Assembly: GCA_963713615.1 (NCBI GenBank)
Contig: CAVQMM010000001.1
Coordinates: 32,001 to 96,000, forward strand
Length of the DNA stretch: 64,000 nucleotides
Origin: an uncultured Chlamydiae bacterium
GTDB lineage: Bacteria > Chlamydiota > Chlamydiia > Chlamydiales > JAJFMA01
Reading direction: 5' to 3'
The notes beneath the pieces were generated by a model that saw only the letters and a list, made by a program, of their open reading frames with translations, searched no databases and was not told the DNA's origin. Each line of letters opens with the position of its first letter. Within the stretch, counting starts at the first letter, position 1. The position numbers and the translations under genes are program-made. This document shows positions 18,670 to 28,950 of the stretch, piece by piece.

Positions 18670-19779
18670 TTACCCTACTGGCTCAAGAACCCTGGTTTCG
18701 GCTTGTGCAATTTTAGCCATAGGGGTCAGACTTGAGCCTGTCATCGCTGTGAGAACACGGCGTGGACCTTTAAAGGTGGCGCGTCCATGCATTGCCAATA
18801 CATTATCCAGTATTAGGACATCACCTTTTTTCCACGGGAAATAGATCGTATTAGCATCTAGGACATCCAGGATATGATAGAGATCAGCTTTGGGTATTTT
18901 GGTGCCATCAGCAAAGAAGATTTCGTGGAGCCTGGTGTGTTTTTGGCAATAAAGAGCCTTCAAGATGGCATGACGCCACCATCCTATCATCTTAGGGTTG
19001 AAATCGAAGAGATGAGCCTGGTTGAACCATACAAGTTCGTTTGTTTGTGGATGTGAGATCACCGCCGGGCGCGTTTGACTAATTTGTATCCATCCGTTTT
19101 GATTCCATTTAAACCCAAATTCATTTTCGCGGCATTTTTGCTCGACCTCTTGTTTGTCTTCGGTCTCAAACACATTCACCCAAGATTTGTGGCTCTTGAT
19201 GATTCTGTTGATCAACCCGCCGTTCTGGTGATAGCAGGAGACATATTTTAGCCCTTTATTGATAAAGCGAGCTTTCACATCCTCATCAATGGCCCTATAG
19301 ACTTTTCGTGCATCTGCGATAATTGTCTCTCCCCCCTCCGCCGGTGCGATGGTGCAGTGGAAGTAGATATGTGTGGGAAAATGCTTCACGAAGGAGAGTT
19401 CATTATGAAGCGCTAATTTTATTGAGGGTGGCGCCTCTGTCGACGTATATACGCCTTCACGAATCTTTGTGCGTGGGCTGTCTCCCCCTATGTAATTTAG
19501 GAAATCCCCTGTTTGCAGCGCTTCGATGACTGCAGCAAAGTCGTTCTCTCCGTTTATAGGAAAGTTGCGCAGTAGGATTCCTCCATATTTCAGAAGATTT
19601 TCCCTAAAGAAGGCATTATGAGTTCTGAGGAATTCCAGAAGTTCTGTGAACTGCACCCCGCCAGCCTGTGGTTCTATAACTAGGGGTAACTGTTCCGAAT
19701 TAACAAATTTTGAAGTAATCCTATGCATGCACATTCTCCAATATCGCGATGTTTTAGTGGGACAATACTCACCGACCAA
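18670..19779 (-). CDS. TauD/TfdA Fe(II)/2-oxoglutarate dioxygenase, SyrP-like (start may be 19734 or 19728)
   Basis: GILLRNF, VYTSTEAP, LHNELS (HxE), GGET, WFNQAHLF, DN..AMHGR. Confidence 0.9.
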   Translation of the reverse strand: MVGEYCPTKTSRYWRMCMHRITSKFVNSEQLPLVIEPQAGGVQFTELLEFLRTHNAFFRENLLKYGGILLRNFPINGENDFAAVIEALQTGDFLNYIGGDSPRTKIREGVYTSTEAPPSIKLALHNELSFVKHFPTHIYFHCTIAPAEGGETIIADARKVYRAIDEDVKARFINKGLKYVSCYHQNGGLINRIIKSHKSWVNVFETEDKQEVEQKCRENEFGFKWNQNGWIQISQTRPAVISHPQTNELVWFNQAHLFDFNPKMIGWWRHAILKALYCQKHTRLHEIFFADGTKIPKADLYHILDVLDANTIYFPWKKGDVLILDNVLAMHGRATFKGPRRVLTAMTGSSLTPMAKIAQAETRVLEPVG

Positions 19780-19783
19780 AGCT

Positions 19784-20806
19784 CTATAGGCTAACGTTTA
19801 GGGCTCGGCGTAATCCGAGCAGTTCTCGTATGCCTATGCGCGCTCTAGCAAATACCAAATAAGCCGGCTCTTCGTTGGGATGAAACTTCTCCCAAAACTT
19901 CCCAGGGCCACTTAGTCGAAGGCTCTTAGAGGCTATTTTAAAGATGCTACGGGCCAGCCAGGTCGATGTACGACTTAATCCGATGACCTCGCCCAGCTCA
20001 TCCTGTGGAACGAAGCTAAAGCTGACAGTTTGACATCCCTCGGCACGTAGGATGTCCAAAGCGGTGATCACAAGCAGCTCAGGAGTGCCTCCTGGGGAAT
20101 CCGGGGTGACCATCAGACGATTTAGAAGCCATCCTTGACGGGCTTCTAGCCTATTAAGCTGAAGTACACCGATGACCCTGTCACCATGTGTGGCATAGAA
20201 CCAGCGCTTTCCAGATCTATCTGAAAATAGGCGAATGCCGGCAATATAGACTTGGGGACCACGCCGTGCTTTCAGCCACGCATGGCCTACCAGGGTCATT
20301 GCATGCTCTAAGTCCGGGTCATAGCCCAAGTACTCCTGCGCTAATGTGCCCTCTTTATTTGCATGTCGAACTTTGCGGCGCACTAAGCTGGCGTTAACAC
20401 CTGTTTTAGCTCTAGGGTCATCCTGAGCATTCACTGTCAGTTGATTTCCATAACGCAAGATAGCGCCACAGCCGTTCTGAATTGCCCATGTAGCAAAGGG
20501 TTCTGAGGTTGAAAGATAGGCGAGGCGCCATTTTTGTTCGTCGCAATGCTGCTGAAAAGCACCTACCAGAGCGGGCATATCGGCTGGAGAACAGACTGGA
20601 TCACCAAAAACCACAGCACAACCAGATACGGCACGGTAGCCAATTAAGCCATCGATACTAGGGGCCATAAACGTTTGGCAAGCTGGGTCCAGCACAGCGG
20701 CAGAGCAGGCCCCGCCCCAACGACGTACTCTCTCGATAATTAACAGGCGTTCATCATCTAGTTTTTCGGCTAGAGGACTAGCGGCCATTGTCATTTGTGC
20801 TTCCAT
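19784..20806 (-). CDS. Stand-alone DUF2156 (MprF/LysX synthase-like) tRNA-dependent aminoacyl transferase, no membrane domain
   Basis: IGYR...AVVFGDPVCS, RRKVRHA, PGGTPELL, KFWEKFHP..EPAYL. Confidence 0.8.
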   Translation of the reverse strand: MEAQMTMAASPLAEKLDDERLLIIERVRRWGGACSAAVLDPACQTFMAPSIDGLIGYRAVSGCAVVFGDPVCSPADMPALVGAFQQHCDEQKWRLAYLSTSEPFATWAIQNGCGAILRYGNQLTVNAQDDPRAKTGVNASLVRRKVRHANKEGTLAQEYLGYDPDLEHAMTLVGHAWLKARRGPQVYIAGIRLFSDRSGKRWFYATHGDRVIGVLQLNRLEARQGWLLNRLMVTPDSPGGTPELLVITALDILRAEGCQTVSFSFVPQDELGEVIGLSRTSTWLARSIFKIASKSLRLSGPGKFWEKFHPNEEPAYLVFARARIGIRELLGLRRALNVSL

Positions 20807-21075
20807 TCGTTGATCCTGTGATCAAGGGTTATTGTCGAGGGTATACCCGCACTTAGTCACAACCGTGGTGTCAATTTCAATTGATAGAAATATTTGTACT
20901 TTGGGGCAAGAGAATATTCAGACTTTGACAGCGTTTTAGCGCGCCAAATCTTCACAAAATCCCTGTTACGTCACAATCTGAGATCTTGATACTGCTATTG
21001 ACTAGAATAGACGATGTGATTATATTTTCTTGTTACTAATGTTTTGCATGTTATCAATAAATTAAAGGTGAAGAT

Positions 21076-21468
21076 GTGGAAGCACTATTCAATTTATCAG
21101 AAACGTTAAGGCACTCCGGTTTATTACGAGAGGTTGTAGTAGCAGACGATCAAGACGTTTTTGAATGGTGTAAAGCCGAGACTAAGGTCTGGGCCTTTCG
21201 AATAGCAAAAATTTCAGCTGTGGCGCTTACCGTAACCCTCCTTATTGACAATTATGCCCCCGCAATGCCTCGGACATTAAGGTTCTTAGCTGTGGTTCTT
21301 AATCAAAACATGAGGGTTTTCGTCGTGGCCGAGATGTTGCATCTAATTGTTCTGCTCACTTCGGTTGTCAGTAGTGGGCGCCCACACATTCCTACTGGCT
21401 GGGGAATGACATTTATTTACTTGAGTGTGGTGCAGCTGCTAGGGACGGGTTTGGATTTCGGTCCATAG
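21076..21468 (+). CDS. Hypothetical membrane protein
   Basis: 130-aa ORF with 2-3 hydrophobic segments, AAGGTG RBS. Confidence 0.5.
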   Translation: MEALFNLSETLRHSGLLREVVVADDQDVFEWCKAETKVWAFRIAKISAVALTVTLLIDNYAPAMPRTLRFLAVVLNQNMRVFVVAEMLHLIVLLTSVVSSGRPHIPTGWGMTFIYLSVVQLLGTGLDFGP

Positions 21469-21528
21469 TGTCCATGCTGTCCATTAGAGATGATTGCAGA
21501 ATTCGTTCGAGATGTCAGATGATTGATA

Positions 21529-21765
21529 AAGCCCACACAATCGTGTCTCGGCGCGAAGCGCTTTGGAGTGCGTGTCGCTCGCGACCGCTTTGGATTTGGG
21601 CGAGCCTATTGAATCGCGCACCGTTCTTTGGAGGCTTAAACCCCCACAGTTACCCCTAGAGCGAAAGGTTACGTTTCTTGCAATGCCTAGTTCACCCAAA
21701 TCCAAAGCGGTCGCGAGCGACCGCACTCCAAAGCGCTTCGCGCCGAAATACGATTGTGAGGGCTT
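21529..21765. repeat. REP-like palindromic element family A, copy 1
   Basis: About 70-bp arms CACAATCG..TCGGCGCG.AGCGCTTTGGAGTGCG...CGCACTCCAAAGCGCT.CGCGCCGA..CGATTGTG. Confidence 0.9.
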
Positions 21766-21805
21766 GTTAGGTTTATGTGGCGGGCCATGGCCTGTTGCAA
21801 TTGCC

Positions 21806-24800
21806 TTAGTCAGGCGGATTGAGACGTCTTTGTCTTCTCAGGAGTAATTTTTCGCGAAGTTCTTCTAGGTAGAGATAGATGACTGGAGTCAGAAATAGGG
21901 TGATTACCTGCGATACCATCATGCCCCCAATGATCACATAGCCCAGTGGACGACGTGATTCGGCTCCGGCCCCAAAAGCTAAAGCTATGGGCACCGCCCC
22001 CATGATTGCGGCAATAGTGGTCATCATAATGGGACGGAAGCGGATGATGCAGGCGTCGTAGATGGACTTTTCAGCGCTTTCGCCTTTGCTTCGGACATTA
22101 TCAAGCGCGAAGTCAACCATCAATATGCCATTTTTCTTGACGATACCGATCAGCAAGATGATACCAAGATAAGCATAAAGCGATAGAGGCCGTCCGGTAA
22201 AGTAGAGAGTAAGTAAAGCCCCGACAATGGCAGGAGGAATAGTGGACAGGATGGTGATGGGATGGATGAAGCTCTCATAGAGAATGCCAAGGATAATGTA
22301 GATGCAGAAGAGAGTGATGATTAGGAGGAATCCCACACTTGTCATCGCTTCCTCAAAGGTTTCCGCAGCACCTTTGACGTCACCTGTTACCCGTGGACTG
22401 AAGGATTCGCTGGCCAGTTTACGCAAGCGACCAAGTCCATCGCTAAGGGGTACCCCTTGAGCAATACTGAAGGTGATGGTCACAGCGGGGAACTGCGCGA
22501 AGTGGTTGATGCTGGCGGGACCGACACCTTCAGAGATGTTTGCAATGGCCTCCAAAGGGACTAGCTGTCCAGTGAGACTAGATTTTAGGTAGATGTAGTT
22601 CAATGAAGAGGGGGTACGTTGCATATTTCGCTGTTGTTCAAGGATGAGGTCGTACTGGTCGATGGGGGTCTGAATGCGCGAAATCCTGTTTCCGGAGTAG
22701 GACAGAGATAGGCTTTGCTCCAGATCGCTCGCGTTGATTCCCGTTGAGGAGGCCAGGTCGCGTTGAATATCGACGTTGATTTGTGGCGTTTTGATTTCTA
22801 GATCTGTGGTTATGCCTACAAAGATCGGGTCGTCTCTCATTTTATCGATCAGCGCTTGTGCAGCCTTATACAATTCCTGGGCATCGAGGCTTTGCATCAA
22901 GTACTGGTATGCACCACGCACTTGGGATCCTACGTTCAGATCAATCAGAGGAACATTTTTGAAATAGACGTTAAGGCCTGCGATATTGCCCACTTTGGTC
23001 ATGTAGTCTGGGATTAGGTCATTGATGGCTTTACGTTGATCTCTGGGTTTGAGAGCTATAAAGACCAATCCTTGACGGTACTGTGGAGTAGCTGAGTTAG
23101 AGATTAGCGAGGCCACAGCCGGTTCTTTGCGGAGAATATTAACAACCTGATCTTGATAGGTGTGCATAAGATCCGATGAGGTGCCCTGCTCTGCTTCGGT
23201 GTATGCAATCAGGAACCCGATATCTTCGTCGGGAATGAAGTCCTGAGGTAGTGTTTTAAATAGATATGCACTTAATAGCACGCTGCCTACGCCTACCAAC
23301 AAGGCGAATATGCGGTGTTTTAGAATCCATATTAGCCCTCTTTTATAATGCTCAAGCATCCATTCATTAAGATGTCTAGAAAAACGCTCAACGCGTGTTT
23401 CTTCGTCATCATTGCGAGGAGGAATGAACCGGCTGCATAGCATTGGCGTTAGTGTCAGAGAGATAATGCCTGATGCCACGGTAACGATGGTGAGGGTAAT
23501 GGAAAACTCCTGAAACAGCTTACCAATCAGCCCAGCCATAAAAATCAACGGGATAAATACCGCTAATAGAGATAGCGTCATCGATACGATGGTAAACCCG
23601 ATCTGCTTGGACCCTTTGATTGAGGCCTCTAGAGGCGTTTCTCCGGTCTCTACACGCCTCACAATATTCTCTAGGACGACGATAGCATCATCGATGATGA
23701 AGCCGATGGCTAACGTTAGCGCAAGTAGTGAGAGATTGTCCAATGTGTAGCCGATCTGGTAGATCACTGCGAAGGTAGCAATGATAGACATCGGCATCAC
23801 CAGCGAGGGAATAATCGTTTCTTTGATTTTTCCGAGATAAACAAAAATCACGAGAACGACCAAAATAAAGGCCACCAGCAAGGTAAGCTGAACCTCTTTG
23901 ATAGAGTCTCGGATGGATTCTGACCTATCAAAAACTACAATAAGATCTAACGCACCAGGTAGTTGCGACTTAATAGAATCTAGCAAAGCATGCACGGCAT
24001 CGGCCACTTCAACGGCATTTGCACCTGGTTGGCCCTGTACAGCGAGGGTGACGGCGGGCTGACTAACATTAGCATTGATATATTTTCGATAGCTTCGGTC
24101 ATTTTGTAGGCTATCTAGGACTGTGGCAACATCCTCCAGCCTGACTGGAGCGCCGTTTTGATAGGCCATGATGATGGGGTTGTAGGCATCTGCATTTAAA
24201 ACAGCTCCATTGTCATAAATTGTGGAAGCTCCATGATCGCCGTCAAATTGACCTAAAGGCTGGTATTGATTGGAATTTGCCATGGCGTTGGAGATATCGG
24301 CGGAGGTGAGGCCTAGATAGGCCAAACGGCCAGGATCGACCTGTGCTCGTACGGCTGTTGGAGACCCATAGACAAAGACTTGGGCTACTCCTTCGATGAT
24401 GGATATACGTTGACCTACAAAGGTGTTGGCGTAGTCATATAGTTGTCCTAGCGTCATCGTCGGAGAGGTTACAGAAATATAAACAATCGGTGTTGAAGAG
24501 GGATTGACCTTCTTGTAGGTCGGTTGCTGAGGTAAATTCGGTGGTAATTGTGGCTGGGCAGCTACGATGGCGGCATCGACATCCACGGCGGCAAGGTCGA
24601 TGTTTCTATTGATCTCAAACTGAAGAATAACATTAGTTGATCCCAATGTATTTGAAGAAGTCACATAGCGGACGCCCGGAATAGTCATGAATTGCTTTTC
24701 AAGAGGCGTGGCAACAGTGTTAGCCATCGTTTGGGGGTTAGCGCCTGGAAAGGGGACTGTAACAGTGATCGTTGGGTAGTTGACATCTGGCAGGTTGGCG

Positions 24801-24934
24801 ACAGGGATTCGATGGTATGCCCAAGCACCGAGTACAAAAATGGCGACCATGACAAGCGTGGTCATTACAGGACGCAAGATAAAGGGGGCCGAAAGATTAA
24901 GCGAATGGTCCTCTTGCGGTTGCGGGGGGCTCAT
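21806..24934 (-). CDS. RND efflux permease, MdtB/MdtC-like
   Basis: FILRPV, VATPLE, GFIIDDAIVVLENI, GIVKKNGIL, RFRPIMMT. Confidence 0.95.
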   Translation of the reverse strand: MSPPQPQEDHSLNLSAPFILRPVMTTLVMVAIFVLGAWAYHRIPVANLPDVNYPTITVTVPFPGANPQTMANTVATPLEKQFMTIPGVRYVTSSNTLGSTNVILQFEINRNIDLAAVDVDAAIVAAQPQLPPNLPQQPTYKKVNPSSTPIVYISVTSPTMTLGQLYDYANTFVGQRISIIEGVAQVFVYGSPTAVRAQVDPGRLAYLGLTSADISNAMANSNQYQPLGQFDGDHGASTIYDNGAVLNADAYNPIIMAYQNGAPVRLEDVATVLDSLQNDRSYRKYINANVSQPAVTLAVQGQPGANAVEVADAVHALLDSIKSQLPGALDLIVVFDRSESIRDSIKEVQLTLLVAFILVVLVIFVYLGKIKETIIPSLVMPMSIIATFAVIYQIGYTLDNLSLLALTLAIGFIIDDAIVVLENIVRRVETGETPLEASIKGSKQIGFTIVSMTLSLLAVFIPLIFMAGLIGKLFQEFSITLTIVTVASGIISLTLTPMLCSRFIPPRNDDEETRVERFSRHLNEWMLEHYKRGLIWILKHRIFALLVGVGSVLLSAYLFKTLPQDFIPDEDIGFLIAYTEAEQGTSSDLMHTYQDQVVNILRKEPAVASLISNSATPQYRQGLVFIALKPRDQRKAINDLIPDYMTKVGNIAGLNVYFKNVPLIDLNVGSQVRGAYQYLMQSLDAQELYKAAQALIDKMRDDPIFVGITTDLEIKTPQINVDIQRDLASSTGINASDLEQSLSLSYSGNRISRIQTPIDQYDLILEQQRNMQRTPSSLNYIYLKSSLTGQLVPLEAIANISEGVGPASINHFAQFPAVTITFSIAQGVPLSDGLGRLRKLASESFSPRVTGDVKGAAETFEEAMTSVGFLLIITLFCIYIILGILYESFIHPITILSTIPPAIVGALLTLYFTGRPLSLYAYLGIILLIGIVKKNGILMVDFALDNVRSKGESAEKSIYDACIIRFRPIMMTTIAAIMGAVPIALAFGAGAESRRPLGYVIIGGMMVSQVITLFLTPVIYLYLEELREKLLLRRQRRLNPPD

Positions 24935-26061
24935 GTCTTCCCCTTATCCGTGGTCTGCTTGCTATCGGTTAGAAAGACTTTGCTGCCAGGGCGAAGGTTG
25001 ATAGTGCCTCTGGTGACCACCTTATCCCCCTTTTTGATTCCCTTTTCGATGAGGATTTTATGGTCGATCGCTTCTCCTTTGACCACAGGATGATAGGATA
25101 CTGTAGATGTGTCGGGCTCATAGACGTAGACAAAGGCACCTTCTTGTCCCACTTGAACAGCTTCTTCAGGGACTAGCAGGCCATCTTTTTGAACCCTGAG
25201 TTGCAAGCGGATTCTGACATACTCTCCTGGCCATAGAAGCTCGTCGTCATTAGCCACCCTTCCCTTTAGCAGGATAGTGTTGGTGGCGGGATCTACATGG
25301 TTATCGACGAAATAGAGATGACCCTCGCGTGGTGTGTTGGGTCGCTCAGGCAAAATGGCAAAGACTTTTAAAGTGCCGGCCTTGTTGGCATCCTGTACAA
25401 CGACAAAGTTTTTCTGAGGAATATTGAACTCGATGTCAATGGGGTTAATCTGTCTGACGTTTGTCAAAAAGGCGGTGTCATTGCTGATGACGAGATTGCC
25501 AGGATCAATGTTATACTGGCTTATCTTGCCGTCGATTGGAGAAACGGGCTTGCTCCATTCCAGATTGAGCTGTGCTAACTCAATATCAGCCTGGTCGGAA
25601 AGAACCTGTCCTTTGGCTGCTTTGACGTTAGCTTGATATTGCTCATAGGTCAGCTTAGAGATGTAGTCTCGTTTTACCAATTCCTGGTTGCGTGACACTG
25701 TGATTTCAGCGATTGCCAGGGCTGCTTGGTCCTTTTCTAAGGTGGCCTGGGCTCTATCTAAAGCCGCTTGGTATGGACGTGGATCGATCTGGTACAGAGG
25801 GTCACCTTTCTTCACGTACTGACCCTGTTTTACAAAAGCCTTCTGAACAATTCCACCGACCTGAGGACGTATCTGCACATCCAGAGGTGATAGTACAGTT
25901 CCGAAGGTTTCGATAAAGATAGGGACATCTTGTTCTGTCACATCGGCCACAAGAATTGGCATAGCGGGAGGAGGTGGCTTGGGCTTTTGTCCACATCCAC
26001 TGGTGAGAAGCAAGCTCACAGTACACATGGAGGTGAATGAGAAAATGAGAAAGTGCTTCAT
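24931..26061 (-). CDS. RND periplasmic adaptor lipoprotein, MdtA-like
   Basis: Lipobox LTSGC; IRPQVGG, IDPRPYQA, SPIDG, LWPGEYV; ATGA overlap with permease. Confidence 0.93.
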   Translation of the reverse strand: MKHFLIFSFTSMCTVSLLLTSGCGQKPKPPPPAMPILVADVTEQDVPIFIETFGTVLSPLDVQIRPQVGGIVQKAFVKQGQYVKKGDPLYQIDPRPYQAALDRAQATLEKDQAALAIAEITVSRNQELVKRDYISKLTYEQYQANVKAAKGQVLSDQADIELAQLNLEWSKPVSPIDGKISQYNIDPGNLVISNDTAFLTNVRQINPIDIEFNIPQKNFVVVQDANKAGTLKVFAILPERPNTPREGHLYFVDNHVDPATNTILLKGRVANDDELLWPGEYVRIRLQLRVQKDGLLVPEEAVQVGQEGAFVYVYEPDTSTVSYHPVVKGEAIDHKILIEKGIKKGDKVVTRGTINLRPGSKVFLTDSKQTTDKGKT

Positions 26062-26122
26062 AGGATCTATACCCAAGTGGCGTTAAGTATCCCGATTGTA
26101 GGGACGAGCGATCTAATGTCAA

Positions 26123-26250
26123 GAGGAGAGGGAAGCGGAGAGGGAGAGGGAGGGGGCGGAGAGGGAGAGATGAGGAAAGGAGATTAGGATTTCACCACAG
26201 AGAACGCCGAGACGCCGAGATAGGAGAGAGAGGAGGGGAAGAAAGAAAAG
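26123..26250. repeat. Polypurine tract plus half copy of repeat family I
   Basis: GA-rich tract followed by CACAGAGAACGCCGAGACGCCGAGATAGGAGAGAGAGG. Confidence 0.75.
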
Positions 26251-26564
26251 AGTGAAGGTTTTTTGTTTTATGAATGTGTATTATTGTCCATTACACCCTC
26301 ACAATCGTGCCTCGGCGCGTAGCGCTTTGGAGTGCGTGTCGCTCGCGACCGCTTTGGATTTGGGCGAGCCTATTGAATAGCGCACCGTCCTACGGAGGCT
26401 GCCCCCCCCCCACAGTTACCCCTAGAGAGAAGGGTTACGTTTCTTGCAATGCCAACTTCGCCCAAATCCAAAGCGGTCGCGAGGTAAGCGTCAATTGAAG
26501 CCATCTTTTTCGTAATTCCGCGAGGTTCTAAGTTTTCTCCATGACCCTAACCATGGAGATACTA

Positions 26565-27128
26565 ATGGATTTCAAAAGGAAGCGTTCTGAGTGGGCTCGA
26601 CGCATAGACCAATGGATGGCGAGCGGTCAGAGTGGCCGCAGGTGGTGCCTAGAGAACAATATAAGCTACCAGCAGCTCTTGTACTGGTACCAACGCTTTA
26701 AAGTTAGCCCGCCCGACCACATTTCCTCGACGGGTTGGATAGACATTACCCTGCCCGAGCTCAAGCTTTCGCTTGATCAGAAGAGCGTCTATCTAACCCT
26801 AAAGTCTGCGAGCAAAACTCTGAGGTCGTCATATCAGAAAAACAAGGGTGTCTTTCTCTATCAAGAGCCGATCGATATGCGAAAGGGATTTGAGTGCTTG
26901 AGCAATCTTGTTGACAGTTCGTTCTCGGGCGAATTTACCTGCGGGGCCTACTTCGTTTTTTTAAATCGTCGTAGAAATCTAGTGAAGGTCTTTTACTGGG
27001 ATGGTAATGGTCATGCCGTCTGGTACAAGCGACTTGAAAAAGGAAGTTTTCGCAATGGAAGCATTCCAGATTCCGCTATCGATCGTCGAGAATTTCTAAT
27101 GTTGTTGGAGAGTAGTCATCGAGCCTAA
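26565..27128 (+). CDS. tnpB: IS66 accessory protein, TnpA-TnpB fusion
   Basis: N-terminal W...SGQS...WC...YW helix-turn-helix followed in frame by DMRKGF, FVFLNRRR..K.FYWDGNG, KRLEKGSF. Confidence 0.88.
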   Translation: MDFKRKRSEWARRIDQWMASGQSGRRWCLENNISYQQLLYWYQRFKVSPPDHISSTGWIDITLPELKLSLDQKSVYLTLKSASKTLRSSYQKNKGVFLYQEPIDMRKGFECLSNLVDSSFSGEFTCGAYFVFLNRRRNLVKVFYWDGNGHAVWYKRLEKGSFRNGSIPDSAIDRREFLMLLESSHRA

Positions 27129-27204
27129 AATCCTAAAAACAATGTGTATTTTATTAGATAAAATACTTGATAATAGAGGGGGTCTGTGATATGATTTAGA
27201 GCAT

Positions 27205-28749
27205 ATGGAAACCTCAACACTATCACTAGAACATCTTCAATCGGAAATTTATTCCCTGCGAAATGAGAATAGCTTTCTCAAGGAGCAGCTTGAATGGTTT
27301 AGGCGTCAGATTTTTGGGAAACGTTCGGAAAAAGTAGTCGACGATGGCGGTCAACAACTCTACCTGGAAGGTTTCGAAAATCTTGGTTCCGAAGAGCAAA
27401 AAGAGACAATAAATGTGCCTGCTCATCGACGGGTTAAGCAGGGGCGCAATGGCAAAGATAAAATTACGCTTCCAGACAATATTCCCGTTCAACGCTGTAT
27501 TTTAGATTTGCCAGAGGATCAAAAAGTTTGCCCTACAACGGGTGAAGCCCTCGTCAAAATTGGCGAAGAAGTCACTCACAAAATAGCGCATACGCCAGGT
27601 AGCTACTACGTCAAGGAGCTAGTACGTCCCAAGTATGCATGTAGAGCACATAGTGAAGAGGGCGTTTTTATCGCAGATTTACCAGATAGCATTTTTCCTC
27701 GCTGTCAAGCCGATGAAAGTCTTTTAGCCAGTGTGATCGTGAAAAAATTCGCCGATCACCTTCCTTTATTTCGTCAATCGGAAATCTTAGCTCGCGAGGG
27801 CATTCTCATCAGCCGACAAATACTTTGCAAGTGGGTAATGCGCTGTGGATATGCCTTAAAGGCGCTATATGAAGAAATGATTGCTCGCGTGCTCAGCAGC
27901 AACAATGTTTTTGTGGACGAATCTCCTGTGGACATGCTTGTCCCTGGTAAGGGAAAGGTGCACCAGGCTTTTATGTGGGTGATCGTTGGAGGGCAGGAAA
28001 AAAATCCGCCTTATCGAGTCTATCATTTTCGCACGGACCGCTGCCACAAGCATGCTGTGGAAATACTAGCTGGATATAAAGGTGTTGTCCATTCGGATAA
28101 ATATGGAGCCTATGAAGCACTGGCTAATAAGAAGCAATTCACTTGGTGTCCATGCTGGAGTCACATTCGGCGCAAGTTTTTCGACGCTGTAGGTGGCGAT
28201 AAAAAATTTGTTAGCTGGGTACTGCGCAAGATAAAATATCTATTTATGTTAGAGAGAGTTGCTTGGGAACGTTCTCCAGAGGAACGTCTGCGGATAAGAC
28301 AAGAGAAAGAAGCTCCAATAATAGATGAGCTGACTGCACGCATCAAGGACCGGCTGGTTAATGGCAAGGCTCTTCCCAAATCGAATCTAAGGGAGGCTCT
28401 AGGCTATTATTGCAGCTTAATTCCCCATCTGAAAAACTACACCCAACATGCATTTGCGCGTCTCGACAACAATGTAGCGGAGCGAGCGATACGCCCTCTA
28501 GCTATTGGCCGCAAGAACTGGATGTTTATTGGAAGCGAGGAGGGTGGGGAAGCTTCCGCCGTACTGCTAAGCCTGGTACAGACCTGCCGCGCGATAGGAG
28601 TCAACCCCCACGAATACCTAGAGGATGTGATGAGGCGCCTGCCAGCCCATAATTCTCAAAAACTTCACGAGCTTCTGCCCGACGCTTGGGCTGCCGCCAG
28701 GCGACAAGCAAAGGCCTCATCCACCTCATCAGCCCCCACTGCCGAATAA
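27205..28749 (+). CDS. tnpC: IS66 transposase
   Basis: FGKRSEK, KFADHLPLFRQ, VDES, HSDKY, CWSHIRRKF, DNNVAERAIR. Confidence 0.96.
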   Translation: METSTLSLEHLQSEIYSLRNENSFLKEQLEWFRRQIFGKRSEKVVDDGGQQLYLEGFENLGSEEQKETINVPAHRRVKQGRNGKDKITLPDNIPVQRCILDLPEDQKVCPTTGEALVKIGEEVTHKIAHTPGSYYVKELVRPKYACRAHSEEGVFIADLPDSIFPRCQADESLLASVIVKKFADHLPLFRQSEILAREGILISRQILCKWVMRCGYALKALYEEMIARVLSSNNVFVDESPVDMLVPGKGKVHQAFMWVIVGGQEKNPPYRVYHFRTDRCHKHAVEILAGYKGVVHSDKYGAYEALANKKQFTWCPCWSHIRRKFFDAVGGDKKFVSWVLRKIKYLFMLERVAWERSPEERLRIRQEKEAPIIDELTARIKDRLVNGKALPKSNLREALGYYCSLIPHLKNYTQHAFARLDNNVAERAIRPLAIGRKNWMFIGSEEGGEASAVLLSLVQTCRAIGVNPHEYLEDVMRRLPAHNSQKLHELLPDAWAAARRQAKASSTSSAPTAE

Positions 28750-28900
28750 ATCGCCAGATGGCCTCAATTGACGCTTACGTCGCGAGCGACACGCACTCCA
28801 AAGCGCTGCGCGCCTATTTACGAAGTTAGTTGCTTAAGTTGATGCCTATGACTCCAAAGCACTACGCGCCGAGGCACTATTGTGAGGGGTTTATGCAACG

Positions 28901-28941
28901 AAAAAAAATCGACCATCTGGCGAGGCCAGATGGTCGATTTT
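28901..28941 (-). terminator. Rho-independent terminator of BTB gene
   Basis: AAAATCGACCATCTGGC-GAG-GCCAGATGGTCGATTTT with A-run on the left (U-tail on minus strand). Confidence 0.8.
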
Positions 28942-28950
28942 AAGGAGAAA

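Larger units (their letters stand above)
26484..28778 (+). mobile_element. IS66-family insertion sequence, 2295 bp
   Basis: 23-bp IRs GTAAGCGTCAATTGA(A/G)GCCATCT; 8-bp DR GTCGCGAG at 26476-26483 and 28779-28786. Confidence 0.96.
26296..28888. repeat. Family A palindromic element, copy 2, interrupted by IS66
   Basis: 26296-26483 and 28779-28888 rejoin into a copy of 21529-21765, with a partial duplication of the right arm. Confidence 0.88.

Noticed and set aside
21468..21847. Short ORFs here and at 26274-26498 and 52674-52997
   Set aside because: Translations of repeat families A and I
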